Source: Christensenella sp. UBA1428
Lineage (GTDB): Bacteria > Bacillota > Clostridia > Christensenellales > UBA1750
Direction of reading: 5' to 3'
DNA length: 64,000 bases
Assembly (NCBI GenBank): GCA_002329335.1
Contig: DCTY01000024.1
Location: forward strand, 3,632 to 67,631
Of this stretch, positions 53,087 through 63,058 are shown piece by piece. The translations under genes were made by a program, and so were the position numbers. A model generated the notes under the pieces. It was not told the origin of the DNA. It did no database searches and saw only the letters and a program-made list of their open reading frames with translations. How positions within the stretch are numbered: the stretch's first letter is position 1; the number at the start of each line of letters is the position of its first letter.

Positions 53087-54085
53087 ATGCATAGTTGCGC
53101 CCATAAGATCAATCTGCGGCACAGCGGCCGCCTGCGCAGGCTGGCGGCGCTTTTTGCCGCATTTTTCTTGCTTTTTTTGCCGCTGACAGGGCGCGCAACC
53201 GTCCTGACGCAGGAAACGATCTATGTCAAAAACGTACAAACCGTGCTGCTGATCTGCACAGACGCGTCCGGGCAGAACATGCGCTCGGCTTATCTGGTTT
53301 CCATGGGCAGCCCGCTGGGAATTTTGCCGCTGCCCGGCGCCACGCGCGTACAGCAGACGCAAACGGACGCACAGGGCCGTCGTGTTCAGCTTTACGCGCC
53401 GCTGTCCGAGGCATACCGTCTGGGCGGCGAGGATCCGGCGCAGGCATTTACCGAAAGCGTCCGTTTTTTGCTCTCCGGAACGCCGATTGACCGCACGGTC
53501 GCCTTTACCGTTGACGACGTATCGCGTCTTGCCGCCGCGCTGGGCGGCGTGCAGATCAGCATTGTCGATCTGCCCGAAATCGCTGTGCATGCCGTAGGCG
53601 GCCAAAGCATTTACCCCTTTGATACCAGCAACGACCCCATGGCGATTTTAATCCGCCAGCAGATCGATTTGGGCGGCTTAACCGCCGATTATGATCTGGA
53701 TACCGCGCGCGCGCTGCGCCGCGCTGGCGCTGCTGTACCCGAAACGCTGACGCTTTCCGGCGAAGCGGCGGGAGAAGTGTTTGATTATTACACCGACGAG
53801 GACGCCGTCAACGTCAATTTGCCCATGCTGCACCGTCAGCAGCAGATTCTGCTGGCGCTGCTGCGCGCGGTGATCGACACGCCGGATAGCGGATCGATTC
53901 TGGCGCAGGATGACAGCGCGCTGGCGGAATTTCTCTCAGCGTTCTGCACCCGTACGCACGACAGCCTGCCGTCCGGCGGGATTCTGCCTGACGGCTACCT
54001 GCTGCCCTCAGGCGAGGAAAATCACTGGGTCTTTGATTCCTCCTGGCTGCGCAGCTGGATTTTTGACAATATCTATACCAAGTAG
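53087..54085 (+). CDS. Membrane-anchored hypothetical protein, weakly LytR-CpsA-Psr (LCP)-like
   Basis: Start moved to ATG 53087 (SD GAGGAAA). N-terminal anchor LAALFAAFFLLFLPL. TVLLICTDASG...AYLVSM...PLPGATRV...VDDVSRLAAALGGVQISI loosely follows the LCP domain order. Function call tentative. Confidence 0.45.
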   Translation: MHSCAHKINLRHSGRLRRLAALFAAFFLLFLPLTGRATVLTQETIYVKNVQTVLLICTDASGQNMRSAYLVSMGSPLGILPLPGATRVQQTQTDAQGRRVQLYAPLSEAYRLGGEDPAQAFTESVRFLLSGTPIDRTVAFTVDDVSRLAAALGGVQISIVDLPEIAVHAVGGQSIYPFDTSNDPMAILIRQQIDLGGLTADYDLDTARALRRAGAAVPETLTLSGEAAGEVFDYYTDEDAVNVNLPMLHRQQQILLALLRAVIDTPDSGSILAQDDSALAEFLSAFCTRTHDSLPSGGILPDGYLLPSGEENHWVFDSSWLRSWIFDNIYTK

Positions 54086-54102
54086 GCAAGGAGGCCGACA
54101 GG

Positions 54103-54864
54103 ATGAAAAAAGTACTCGGCTGCATCCGCCGCGCCGATCGGGATTATCAGCTGATTGAGCCGGGGGATCATGTGCTGGTCGGCGTTTCCGGCGGCAAGGA
54201 CAGCCTGCTGCTTTTGCGCGCACTGCGCCTGTATCAGTATTTTTCGCCCCATCCCTTTACGCTAAGCGCGGCAACGCTCACCCTTGGGCTGACGCCGGTC
54301 GATTTGTCTCCCATCCGGGCGCTCTGTCAGGAGCTTGGCGTTGCTTATCATGTGCGTGAAACGGAAATCGGTAAAATTGTCTTTGAGGAGCGCAGGGAGA
54401 AAAATCCCTGTGCGCTTTGCGCCAACATGCGCCGCGGTGCGCTCAACGATCTGGCCAATGAGATCGGCGCCAACAAGGTCGCCCTGGGTCATCATCGGGA
54501 CGATGTGATCGAAACCTTTTTGCTCAGCCTGCTTTTTGAAGGAAGGCTGCATACCTTTTCGGCCAAAACATATCTGTGCCGCAGCGGCGTGACGGTGATC
54601 CGTCCGATGGTCTATCTGCCGGAGTCCCACGCCATCCATGTGGCCAAACAATTGGCGCTGCCGGTTGTCAAAAGCCCCTGCCCTGCCAACAAGCTGACCC
54701 GCAGAGAGGATATGAAAGCGCTTTCCCGCCATCTGTGTACCCTCATGCCCCAGGCAAAGGAACGGATTCTGTCCGCAATTGCTGGCGGCGGGCTGCTGGA
54801 CCCCAGCGGATTTGAGGATCTGAAAAAAACGACGGAGGAAACAAATTGTTCAACGCCCAGATAA
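54103..54864 (+). CDS. PP-loop ATPase, tRNA 2-thiocytidine biosynthesis TtcA-like
   Basis: PP-loop SGGKDS, then CALCANMRRGAL and HHRDDVIETFLLSL. SD AAGGAGG. Confidence 0.85.
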   Translation: MKKVLGCIRRADRDYQLIEPGDHVLVGVSGGKDSLLLLRALRLYQYFSPHPFTLSAATLTLGLTPVDLSPIRALCQELGVAYHVRETEIGKIVFEERREKNPCALCANMRRGALNDLANEIGANKVALGHHRDDVIETFLLSLLFEGRLHTFSAKTYLCRSGVTVIRPMVYLPESHAIHVAKQLALPVVKSPCPANKLTRREDMKALSRHLCTLMPQAKERILSAIAGGGLLDPSGFEDLKKTTEETNCSTPR

Positions 54865-55307
54865 TCAAAGCCATTTTGTATACCGCCGGAACTTCCATGG
54901 TCCCCGTGCTGGAGGTCAAGGCGGCGATTCCCATCGGCACTGCCATGGGGCTGACGCTCTGGCAAAGCTTTTTTGTTGCCGTCGCCGCGTCCTCGCTGCC
55001 CGCGCCGCTGATTATTCTTTTTGTCCGGCCCATTTTGCGCTGGCTCAGCCGGCTTGCCTTTTTAAAGCCTGCCGTCACCTGGATCGAGCGTCACGCCGAC
55101 AAAAAGGGCGATCAGGTACGCAAATATTCGCTGCTCGGGCTGTTCATTCTTGTGGCAATTCCGCTGCCCGGCACCGGGGTATGGACCGGCTCTCTGGTCG
55201 CCGCCGTGCTGGATCTTCGGATCAAGCACGCGCTGCCGGTCATCTTTTTAGGCAACATCGTCGCAAGTTTCTGTATTCTTCTGCTCACCGGGCTTTTCGT
55301 CTGGTAA
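54846..55307 (+). CDS. Small multidrug export protein family (COG2426/pfam06695-like) membrane protein
   Basis: TTG start with SD GGAGG 7 nt upstream; overlaps the previous gene by 19 nt. VPVLEVKAAIPIG...IPLPGTGVWTGSLVA is typical of the family. Confidence 0.75.
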   Translation: MFNAQIIKAILYTAGTSMVPVLEVKAAIPIGTAMGLTLWQSFFVAVAASSLPAPLIILFVRPILRWLSRLAFLKPAVTWIERHADKKGDQVRKYSLLGLFILVAIPLPGTGVWTGSLVAAVLDLRIKHALPVIFLGNIVASFCILLLTGLFVW

Positions 55308-55434
55308 CCGGCAAAAAACACAAGCGCCCGGCGCAATCCTGTCTCGCAGCAAAAAAGGCGCTATAAAAGTTTGCGCGGCGTGACTGCGACCCATATTGCG
55401 GCGTTCGTCTCCCTCTGCCAATCAAGAAAAAAGC

Positions 55435-55478
55435 AAACCCTTTCCGCGCAAGTTCCACGCGCCGGAAAGGGTTTTTAA
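55435..55478. terminator. Bidirectional terminator between the small-MDR-export gene (+) and the DUF2812 gene (-)
   Basis: AAACCCTTTCCG-N16-CGGAAAGGGTTT with flanking A and T runs. Confidence 0.75.
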
Positions 55479-55678
55479 CATTGTGGTAATTGCTTTTATC
55501 GGCGTTTTTCAGGTACTCCCGGCATCCGTTTTGCCATTTCCAACCGCCGGCGCCGCGCCAAAGCTCCGATCCGCTCAAGAACGCTGATCATACGCCAGCG
55601 CAAAATAGATTCCCCGCTGCCGGCAGCGCCTGCAGTTTACGACAGGAGATCGATGCTCTTTTGATTCGCGTCCCAGGC

Positions 55679-56605
55679 TCATTGAATCCTGTAGCAAACT
55701 GCAATCCTGCCGCCGGCATAATCGGAAAAGATCACCCGATATGTATCCTGAGGCAAACGCAGTTTCACATCCTTAAGCTGCTCGTTTTTCCCCCGCGTCT
55801 CAAATACCACAGCACCCTTGCTGTCCACAATGGAAAAGGTCACATCAGACTGCGCCGCAAGCTCCAGATCCAGATAATAGTTGTCCGCATACCGGATTTC
55901 CACGGTATTGTGATGCATCGCACGGTCCAGCTGCGCGGCAATGGGGCGAATTTCCTCGGCGCTCATGTGCATTTCCCCTGCGGGTCTCATCGCATAGAGC
56001 GTACCATTGGACACAAACCCCACGATCAGCACCAGAAACACCAGCAGCAGCCGGATGCTGTCGTACCGGTCATTCTTGCTTCTTTCCGGGCTGCGCATCA
56101 CAAAATATCCATGGGCAATCATCACGGTTTCAGCGGCAAGCGCCGCCGTCACAACCATACCGGGCAGGTTGGGATGCACGATGCATCCAAACGCTTCCAT
56201 CGCCAGAAAAACCCCCAACACAATCAGCAAGCCCCGCCCCAGGTTCGCCCAGCGGCGATTCATTTCCATAAGCGACTCCCGGTCGGTAAAAATTTCATAT
56301 TCCGCCGGGGGCAGCGCAGGATCATACGCCTTCCGGAAATAATACCAGCCGTTCCAGGTACGGCTGACAAATTCCCAGCCCTGCTCATAATAGGTTTCCA
56401 GATATCTGCCGATATGCGCCACGCCGGGCTGATAGTCCAGCTGGTACCGATAGCGCAGACGCTCGTTTCTCTCAAATCGGTACAGGAACAATCCGCCGCG
56501 GGTAAGCTGCCAGCCCGCGTCAGAATACCGGTTGAGATCCTCTGTTTCTTTTTCGTAATTCCATGCAGAATACATACGCACAACCGTCTTTTTACTGCGC
56601 CCCAT
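55679..56605 (-). CDS. DUF2812 domain membrane protein (PadR-associated)
   Basis: Start moved to ATG 56605 (SD GGAGGG). EKETEDLNRYSDAGWQL...FERNERLRYRYQLDY is the DUF2812 pattern, followed by TM helices. Overlaps the padR stop. Confidence 0.75.
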   Translation of the reverse strand: MGRSKKTVVRMYSAWNYEKETEDLNRYSDAGWQLTRGGLFLYRFERNERLRYRYQLDYQPGVAHIGRYLETYYEQGWEFVSRTWNGWYYFRKAYDPALPPAEYEIFTDRESLMEMNRRWANLGRGLLIVLGVFLAMEAFGCIVHPNLPGMVVTAALAAETVMIAHGYFVMRSPERSKNDRYDSIRLLLVFLVLIVGFVSNGTLYAMRPAGEMHMSAEEIRPIAAQLDRAMHHNTVEIRYADNYYLDLELAAQSDVTFSIVDSKGAVVFETRGKNEQLKDVKLRLPQDTYRVIFSDYAGGRIAVCYRIQ

Positions 56606-56918
56606 ATGACACACCCTCCGCAAGATCAAGCATTCTTTGAAGCCGTCGAATTTCCGCGTCCAGCGCACTGCGCCCCGCCTGCGTCAGGCTGTACAGCCTG
56701 CGCCGCTCCTCGCCCGGCGTATCGCTCATGATTTGAGTAATCCAGCCCTTTTTGATCATATTGCTGGTGGCCCCGTACATGGTGCCCGAACCAATCGTCA
56801 CAGTTCCTTCGGACAGCTCTTTGGCCATGCGCATAATGCCATAGCCATGATTGGGCCCCTTTGCAAGGCAGACCAGGATATAGTAATAGCTCTCCGACAA
56901 CGGTTCCGGTTTTTGCAT
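56592..56918 (-). CDS. PadR family transcriptional regulator
   Basis: Start moved to ATG 56918 (SD AGGAGG). YYILVCLAKGPNHGYGIM...GTMYGATSNMIKKGWI is the PadR winged helix. Confidence 0.9.
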   Translation of the reverse strand: MQKPEPLSESYYYILVCLAKGPNHGYGIMRMAKELSEGTVTIGSGTMYGATSNMIKKGWITQIMSDTPGEERRRLYSLTQAGRSALDAEIRRLQRMLDLAEGVSYGAQ

Positions 56919-56940
56919 GCTTTCACCCTCCTTTCTATGA

Positions 56941-56970
56941 CGTCCATCGTTATATCGTCCATCGATATAT
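56941..56970. repeat. Tandem 15-bp direct repeat in the padR 5' region
   Basis: CGTCCATCGTTATAT then CGTCCATCGATATAT (14/15 identical), directly between the -10 and the SD of padR. Further CGATATAT repeats at 56963-56970 and 56980-56987. Confidence 0.6.
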
Positions 56971-56999
56971 ATCATATCACGATATATGTCGCATGTCAA
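56971..56999 (-). promoter_or_regulatory. Sigma-A promoter of the padR-DUF2812 operon
   Basis: Reverse strand TTGACA-N17-TATGAT. Confidence 0.65.
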
Positions 57000-57097
57000 C
57001 ACACTTCATGCATGCACCGAAAAAAAACGCCCCGATGAAACTGCATCACGCAGCTCATACGGGGCCATATGCGCTGATTTTTCAGCCGCGGCCGGCG

Positions 57098-57580
57098 CTA
57101 CAGCCGCAGCCGCATTTGATACCACTGCGCGCCGCCATGGCTGGATTGGGACACGCCTTCATTTTCAAAGCCAAACTGTGCATAAAAGCCCGTCAGCGCT
57201 TCCTTGCAGGTCAGCACAACGCCGGCATGGCCGCGAGCCTTGACGTCCTGAATCATCCGGCGCATCAGCATGCCCGCATAGCCGCGCCCGCGGCACTCCG
57301 GCGCCGTCACAACCGAAAAAATCATCTGCCATCGGCCCTGCGCGCGGTGCAGCGACGGCTGATCATACATTTCATCCTTCAAATCCGGCTGATCGCAGGC
57401 CATGCCGTTTATAAACGCCAAAATTTTGCCCTTGTCCTGCAAAACCCAAAAGCATTCCGGAAACGCCGCCAGCCGCGCTTGCAGCGTTTCTTTGGACGCG
57501 CCCTCCCTGAGCGGATAGGATTTTGCTTCAAGCTGGGCGATTTCCGCCAAATCCTGCATCGACGCGCTTCGGATTTCCAT
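57098..57580 (-). CDS. GNAT family N-acetyltransferase
   Basis: Start moved to ATG 57580 (SD GGAGG). Acetyl-CoA motif RGRGYAGMLMRRMI. 160 aa. Confidence 0.85.
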   Translation of the reverse strand: MEIRSASMQDLAEIAQLEAKSYPLREGASKETLQARLAAFPECFWVLQDKGKILAFINGMACDQPDLKDEMYDQPSLHRAQGRWQMIFSVVTAPECRGRGYAGMLMRRMIQDVKARGHAGVVLTCKEALTGFYAQFGFENEGVSQSSHGGAQWYQMRLRL

Positions 57581-57653
57581 AATCGTTTCCTCCCCTGTGA
57601 AAAGACATATTTCCACCTTTCCGGCCGCGCCCGCCGTATGGGCCGCGGCGGGA

Positions 57654-58430
57654 CTAACGGCGCATCGCCGTAAAAAACAACCTTCGGAAAAAGAAAAGGA
57701 TATCGCCGTTTGGCCTTCTGGGGTAGTCCTTTTGAATCTGCTCCAGCAGCGCCTGTTCAAACTCGGCCGCCTGCTCGGGCGATAAACAATCCAGATACGG
57801 CCGGAGACGCGCGCCGCGTACCCATTCCAAAATCTGCCGGTGCTCCGTCATACGGTGACAGTAGGTCGTCGTCCAGACGGCAAACCGATCCGTCATCGCG
57901 CTGAGCATATCGTAATATGCCTCCAGCGGCAGCGGCCTGCTGCTTTGATACACCACGGATTCAAACCGCTGCGGTGTTCGCGCTGCCAGCGCGCCGATGG
58001 CGGCAATGGCCGGTTCCGGCTCGTTGATGGGCATCTGAACCGCCAAAACGCCGCCCGGGCGCAGCTGCGTCATCCAGTTTGACAATACCTGTGCATGATT
58101 TTCCAGCCATTGCAGCACGGCGTTTGAAAAAACGATATCATAGCCGTCCCCCAGCGCGCTCAAATCCCCCGACACATCGCACTGGACGAACTGCGCCTGC
58201 GGCAATGCCGCCCTTGCCCTGCGGAGCATGTCCGGCGAAAGATCCGCGCCGACCAGATGCGCCTGCGGAAACTGATCGTATAATACGCGCGTGCTGTTGG
58301 CCGGCCCGCAGCCGAGATCCAAAATTTTTTCAGGCGCAAGCGCAGACAGCCGCCGCGCCAGATCCTGCGCCGGCGCAGTGCGTTCGTTTTCAAAAAGCAA
58401 ATACTGAGCGGAATTCCAGTCCGACATCAT
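57654..58430 (-). CDS. Class I SAM-dependent methyltransferase (trans-aconitate methyltransferase Tam-like)
   Basis: Start moved to ATG 58430 (SD GGGGGG). WNSAQYLLFENERTAPAQDL is the Tam-like N-terminus. SAM motif I ILDLGCGPAN. Confidence 0.8.
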   Translation of the reverse strand: MMSDWNSAQYLLFENERTAPAQDLARRLSALAPEKILDLGCGPANSTRVLYDQFPQAHLVGADLSPDMLRRARAALPQAQFVQCDVSGDLSALGDGYDIVFSNAVLQWLENHAQVLSNWMTQLRPGGVLAVQMPINEPEPAIAAIGALAARTPQRFESVVYQSSRPLPLEAYYDMLSAMTDRFAVWTTTYCHRMTEHRQILEWVRGARLRPYLDCLSPEQAAEFEQALLEQIQKDYPRRPNGDILFFFRRLFFTAMRR

Positions 58431-58614
58431 GGGTCCCCCCTGCTGATTTCTACAAGAAAGATCATAGCACATCCGTCGCCTCATCGGCAACCCCCGGCCA
58501 CCCTTTCGGAGCAAAACGCAACCATCTGTGGACCTTCGCTTCAATCGGGCTTCCCGTTATCGCTGCAAAGGACGCCTTATGAATTTGCACATCCATCCAA
58601 AATATCCAAAACAA

Positions 58615-58653
58615 ACAGGCGGCATCCGGCCGATTTTGCCGAGCGCCGCCTGT
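58615..58653 (-). terminator. Terminator after the hydrogenase operon
   Basis: ACAGGCGGC-N21-GCCGCCTGT. The reverse strand is followed by UUGUUUUGG and the + strand by TTTTT. Confidence 0.7.
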
Positions 58654-58731
58654 TTTTCCGTACAGACGCTGCCGTCTGTCGTTTTATTGCACACCGCCTG
58701 GGGACAGCGGCAAAGCCGCCTGCGCCCAGGA

Positions 58732-60168
58732 TCACTTCAACACGCTGATGGCGTCCGAGATCGTCTTTTCATACGCTTCCCGCCCGTATTTATCCACCTC
58801 AGCCTTATTCTTATCGTCATGAGTCAGGCATCCGGCGCCGCCGATGCAGCCGCCCAGGCACGCCATGCCCTCGATGAAATTGCCGTCGAGCATCCGCTTG
58901 GACGCCTTGAGCAGCGCCATCCGGCAGGCTTCGATCCCATCGCAGGGCACCGCCTTCAGGTCAAAATCATCCAGTCCCTGTTCTTTCAGCGCCTGCTTTA
59001 CCGCGTCGGAAAGACCGCCGCTGCGGGCAAAGATACGGCCATAGTAAGAAGCGTTGTCCAGCACGTCCTCCGGCAGATTGGTAATTTCCAAATCGCGGCT
59101 GTCAAACAGCGCCTGCAATTCCTCAAAGGTCAGCACGCTGTCGATATACGGGCGCACCTCTTCCTTCTGATATTCCATCTTTTTCGCCGTGCACGGGCCA
59201 ATGAAAACCACCTTGGCCTGCGGATCCAGCTTTTTGATATATCGGGAGATCGCCGCCACCGGCGACAGGTTGTGCGAAATATACTGCGCCAGATCGGGGA
59301 ACTGCTTTTTTACATAATCGACGAACGCCGGACAGCAGGAACTGGTCAGAAAACCTTTTTCCGCCAGCTCGCGCGCCTCGTCAAAGGCGACCATGTCCGC
59401 GCCCAGCGCAGCCTCGATCACGGTAAAGAACCCCAGCTGCTTGATCCCGCTGATCACCTGGCCAAGCTTGGCGTAGGTAAACTGGCTGGAAATCGACGGC
59501 GCGACGACCGCGTACACCTTATAGGCCTGATTGTTCTGACTTTTCACAATCAAATCAATCGCATCGAGAATATAGGATTTGTCCATGATCGCGCCAAAGG
59601 GGCACTGATAGACGCATGCGCCGCACGAAATGCATTTATTGTTATCGATCTTTGCCGTTTTGTCCTCGCTCATTGAAATGGCCTTGATCTTGCAGGAACG
59701 CTCGCAGGGCCGCTTATGGTCGACAATGGCGCTGTAGGGGCAAACCTTGGCGCAGGCGCCGCAGTCGACGCATTTGCTCTTGTCAATATGCGCCACATGG
59801 TTGGCGTCAAAGCTGATCGCACCCCGGCGGCATACATCCTCGCAGCGGTGCGCCAGACAGCCGCGGCATGCGGCGGTAACTTCGTAGCCGCCCACCGGGC
59901 ATTCGTCACAGGCGATATCGATGACTTCAATGACGTTGGGGTTGTCCCGGTCGCCGCCCATCGCCAGCTTCACGCGTTCGGCGGCAATTGCCCGCTCCTT
60001 GTAGACGCAGCAGCGCATGGTCGGCGTCTTGCCCGGCACGATGATCTGCGGAATATCCATCACCTTTTCCAGCAGTTTGCCCGCCCATGCCTGGCGGGCC
60101 ACCTCGCGCAGGACTTTATACTTGAGATGCTGCACCTTGGTATCAAATTTGCGAACCGGTCTGTTCAT
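58732..60168 (-). CDS. [FeFe] hydrogenase, group B-like (multi 4Fe-4S N-terminus plus H-cluster domain)
   Basis: ATG 60168 (SD GGAGGGG). Two CxxCxxCxxxC ferredoxin motifs (CVDCGACAKVCP; CISCGACVYQCP). H-cluster motifs TSSCCPAF, IGPCTAKKME, EGMACLGGCIGGAG. Confidence 0.85.
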   Translation of the reverse strand: MNRPVRKFDTKVQHLKYKVLREVARQAWAGKLLEKVMDIPQIIVPGKTPTMRCCVYKERAIAAERVKLAMGGDRDNPNVIEVIDIACDECPVGGYEVTAACRGCLAHRCEDVCRRGAISFDANHVAHIDKSKCVDCGACAKVCPYSAIVDHKRPCERSCKIKAISMSEDKTAKIDNNKCISCGACVYQCPFGAIMDKSYILDAIDLIVKSQNNQAYKVYAVVAPSISSQFTYAKLGQVISGIKQLGFFTVIEAALGADMVAFDEARELAEKGFLTSSCCPAFVDYVKKQFPDLAQYISHNLSPVAAISRYIKKLDPQAKVVFIGPCTAKKMEYQKEEVRPYIDSVLTFEELQALFDSRDLEITNLPEDVLDNASYYGRIFARSGGLSDAVKQALKEQGLDDFDLKAVPCDGIEACRMALLKASKRMLDGNFIEGMACLGGCIGGAGCLTHDDKNKAEVDKYGREAYEKTISDAISVLK

Positions 60169-60198
60169 GGACAAACCCCTCCTTTGACGATTATTGTC

Positions 60199-61371
60199 TT
60201 AGAAATAGCTGACCTTGATGCGCTTGCCCATTTTGCGCAGACACTCGGACAGCTCCGTCACCAGCTGCATCTTGATGCTGAAATTGATCGGCAGATCCGG
60301 GTTCTGATGCGCCGGATTGATGGCGCGGCCAACATAAAAATTGATATCCGTCGCTTCCTCAAACAAAAGCCGGCAGATCATCGACGCGCCGTCGCGGCTG
60401 ACGCTCCAGGTGTCGTAAAGCTTGTTGTCGCCCAGGAAATCCCGCGCATATTCCAACACTTTATTGACGGTAATGACGCCTTCCGTCACCAGATCCACCC
60501 CGTCGAGCTTGGCAATGGGCGGTACCTCCGGATCCACAAACTCCATGCTTGGAACCAGCTGCCGCCCAAGATACCGCGCCGCAATGGACGACGTCGTCCC
60601 GCCGCAGATGATATGCTTGCCCTCCTTGGAAAAGAAAAGGCCCATCATCTTGTCGTTGTCGTCCCGATTGGACGGCGGACCGAACATCAGGTTCATCGGT
60701 TCGCGCCGGCGGATGCGCACCACGCAGGCCGTGGTATCATCCCCGGGTTTCTGCCCGTAAAGCTCGCAGCATTTATCCAGCAAAAGAGACGCCAGCGTTT
60801 TGGCAGTAAAGCCCACCTGGCTGTAGGTTTCCATATATTCCACAATATTGGGCCGTTCCCAGCCAAAATTCAAAAGCATCCCCACGCCCGCATGCACGCA
60901 GCCGTCGCTCATTGCGATAAAGATGTCGTCCTCCTTGAGCCGTATCCGCGACTTGAGGATTTTCTTACCGCCGATGTTCAGTTCCTGCGTGGGATAGTCG
61001 ACGTTTTTGCCGTCGCGCAGAAAGATCAGTTCCGGATTATCATACTGAATGATCTCTGCCTCTTCGTTTTGTACCAGACGGATGATCGTAAAGGTCGAAT
61101 AAGCCACGCCCCGCGTCTGGCACACCGGCAGCGTCGCCGCGATCGTCCCCACGCAGTCCTCCAAAGAAAGGCCCTGCGCCATCATCGTGGAAATGATCTT
61201 TGAGGTCAGCGTGGAAAGAATGCTCGCCTTGACGCCGCTGCCCAGCCCGTCCGCCAGCACGATGACCTGCGAATTTTCGTCCTGTTCGACGATGTCCACA
61301 TGGTCGCCGCACAGCTGTTCGCCAAATTTATTGACGCTTCTGGTTCCGATATCCGCGCACAGATTATTCAT
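60199..61371 (-). CDS. SpoIIE/PP2C-family serine phosphatase
   Basis: LCGDHVDIVEQDENSQVIVLADGLGSGVKASILS is the PP2C/SpoIIE metal-binding Asp pattern; also FIAMSDG. Overlaps the upstream hydS-like stop by 8 nt. Confidence 0.85.
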   Translation of the reverse strand: MNNLCADIGTRSVNKFGEQLCGDHVDIVEQDENSQVIVLADGLGSGVKASILSTLTSKIISTMMAQGLSLEDCVGTIAATLPVCQTRGVAYSTFTIIRLVQNEEAEIIQYDNPELIFLRDGKNVDYPTQELNIGGKKILKSRIRLKEDDIFIAMSDGCVHAGVGMLLNFGWERPNIVEYMETYSQVGFTAKTLASLLLDKCCELYGQKPGDDTTACVVRIRRREPMNLMFGPPSNRDDNDKMMGLFFSKEGKHIICGGTTSSIAARYLGRQLVPSMEFVDPEVPPIAKLDGVDLVTEGVITVNKVLEYARDFLGDNKLYDTWSVSRDGASMICRLLFEEATDINFYVGRAINPAHQNPDLPINFSIKMQLVTELSECLRKMGKRIKVSYF

Positions 61372-63040
61372 CGGCGATCGACTCCTTGAGTTTGGTCAGG
61401 GCGATTTTGGTTTCAGCGGCGGTTTCGCCCAGAAGCGAAGCGATCTCCTGCACGATGCGCATCTGCTTGTCGACAACCTTATCGGCAATTTCGATGGTCT
61501 GGCTGGAGATGGACTCCTTCTTGCGCCGTTCGGTTTCTTCCTCGGTCACGTCGCGCATGATGCAAAGCAGCACATGATATTCGCGATCATACAGCACCGA
61601 TTGCTCCACATACCGGCCGTATTCCGCCAGGTACACATGCTGGTCCCGGATGCTGCGCTGAGAATCGCGTACATCCATAAAAATTTTCGGATCCAGAATA
61701 CGGATGACCTGTTCGCCCATCACATCGCTTTCACGGGGAATATTCATGATTTTCAGCGCCGCTTTGTTGATCTGCTGCACCTCAAGATCCTCGTTGAGCA
61801 CCAAAATGGCGTTGGGCGTATTGTTGATGATGTTGTCGGAAAAATTCTCCGCCCGGTTTTTCAAAAACGGCAGGCACATCGAAACGTCCGCCTTGCCCTG
61901 GCAGATGGCAATCGCCTTTTCCCGGCAGGTGTTATAGCCGCAGGAGCCGCAGTTGAGCTCATCCTCCGGCCGCGTTTTGCCCATCTGACGCAGGGCAGCC
62001 TGAATCTCCTCCTGAGAGGGCATCCGCATGCCGCGGTCCAGATAGGGCATCCGCTTGCGCAGCGACAGATCGTCCGGCTGCGCCACATCAAAATCCTCTT
62101 TTCCCGCATACGCATTGACCGCCATATAATCGCGCACGGGGGATTTATGGTATTTTTCCATCACCGGGCCGCCGATACAGCTGCCGACGCAGGCCGACAT
62201 TTCGATAAAGCAGCGATGCAGCCGCCCTTCCTCGATGTCGCGCAGCGCAGCGATGCAGTTTTCAACGCCGTCCAGCGCCATATAGGTGTAATCGCTGCGC
62301 TGTTCGGTGAGCGTTTTTAAAATCCCGCCCGTTGTGGGGAAAAAGCGCGCCCGGCTTTCCTCGATGTGGTCAACGCCCGCTTCCAGGGCAATATTTTCAG
62401 CCTTGAGCCACTGGGTCAGCTCTTCAAAGGTCATCACCGCGTCCACCAGGCCGTCGGACTGCTCCGCCTCGTCCTTTTTGGCCACGCACGGGCCGATAAA
62501 GACGGTCTTTGCCTGCGGGAAGCGGCGCTTGATATCCGCGCAGTGCGCCTGCATGGGCGAAAGCACGTCGGCCAGGTAAACCAGCTCTCTGGGGAAATAT
62601 TTCTGGATCAGCAAATTGACGCTGTGGCAGCAGGAAGTGATCAGAATATCCCGCTGTTCCTCCCGCAAAAGCCGTTCGTATTCCCGTTTGACAATGGTTG
62701 CGCCGATCGCCGTCTCCTCCACGCCGGCAAAGCCCAGCGCCATGAGCGCCCGGCGCATCCCCTCGATGCCCACGCCGTCATAATTGGCGATGAACGAAGG
62801 GGCGATACTGGCATAAACCGGCGCGCCGGACTGCAAAAGCACCTTGACCTGCTCGGTTGCATCGGCAATCTGCTTGGCGTTTTGCGGGCAGACAACAAAG
62901 CAGTGACCGCACAAAATGCACTCGCTGCCCACAATGTTCGCCTGGTTGCCCGAAAAGCGGATTGATTTGACCGGACAGTGGCGAATGCACTTATAGCAGT
63001 TTTTGCAGTTGGATTTTTTTAGCTTTAAACATTCCGCCAT
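61364..63040 (-). CDS. hydS: Sensory-type [FeFe] hydrogenase (HydS / group C-like) with C-terminal PAS region
   Basis: N-terminal 2x4Fe-4S (CKNCYKCIRHCP; CILCGHCFVVCP). H-domain motifs TSCCHS, IGPCVAKKDE, EMSACVGSCIGGP. Extra Cys cluster CGSCGYNTCREKAIAICQGKADVSMC. PAS-like stretch IINNTPNAILVLNEDLEVQQINKAAL. Confidence 0.85.
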   Translation of the reverse strand: MAECLKLKKSNCKNCYKCIRHCPVKSIRFSGNQANIVGSECILCGHCFVVCPQNAKQIADATEQVKVLLQSGAPVYASIAPSFIANYDGVGIEGMRRALMALGFAGVEETAIGATIVKREYERLLREEQRDILITSCCHSVNLLIQKYFPRELVYLADVLSPMQAHCADIKRRFPQAKTVFIGPCVAKKDEAEQSDGLVDAVMTFEELTQWLKAENIALEAGVDHIEESRARFFPTTGGILKTLTEQRSDYTYMALDGVENCIAALRDIEEGRLHRCFIEMSACVGSCIGGPVMEKYHKSPVRDYMAVNAYAGKEDFDVAQPDDLSLRKRMPYLDRGMRMPSQEEIQAALRQMGKTRPEDELNCGSCGYNTCREKAIAICQGKADVSMCLPFLKNRAENFSDNIINNTPNAILVLNEDLEVQQINKAALKIMNIPRESDVMGEQVIRILDPKIFMDVRDSQRSIRDQHVYLAEYGRYVEQSVLYDREYHVLLCIMRDVTEEETERRKKESISSQTIEIADKVVDKQMRIVQEIASLLGETAAETKIALTKLKESIADE

Positions 63041-63058
63041 AATACGATAAACCCCTTT

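Noticed and set aside
58528-62965. + strand ORFs 58528..59676, 59716..61203 (495 aa), 61187..62320 and 62366..62965
   Set aside because: They are antisense shadows of the hydrogenase, PP2C and HydS genes. They have Arg/His/Ala-rich low-complexity sequence and no SDs.
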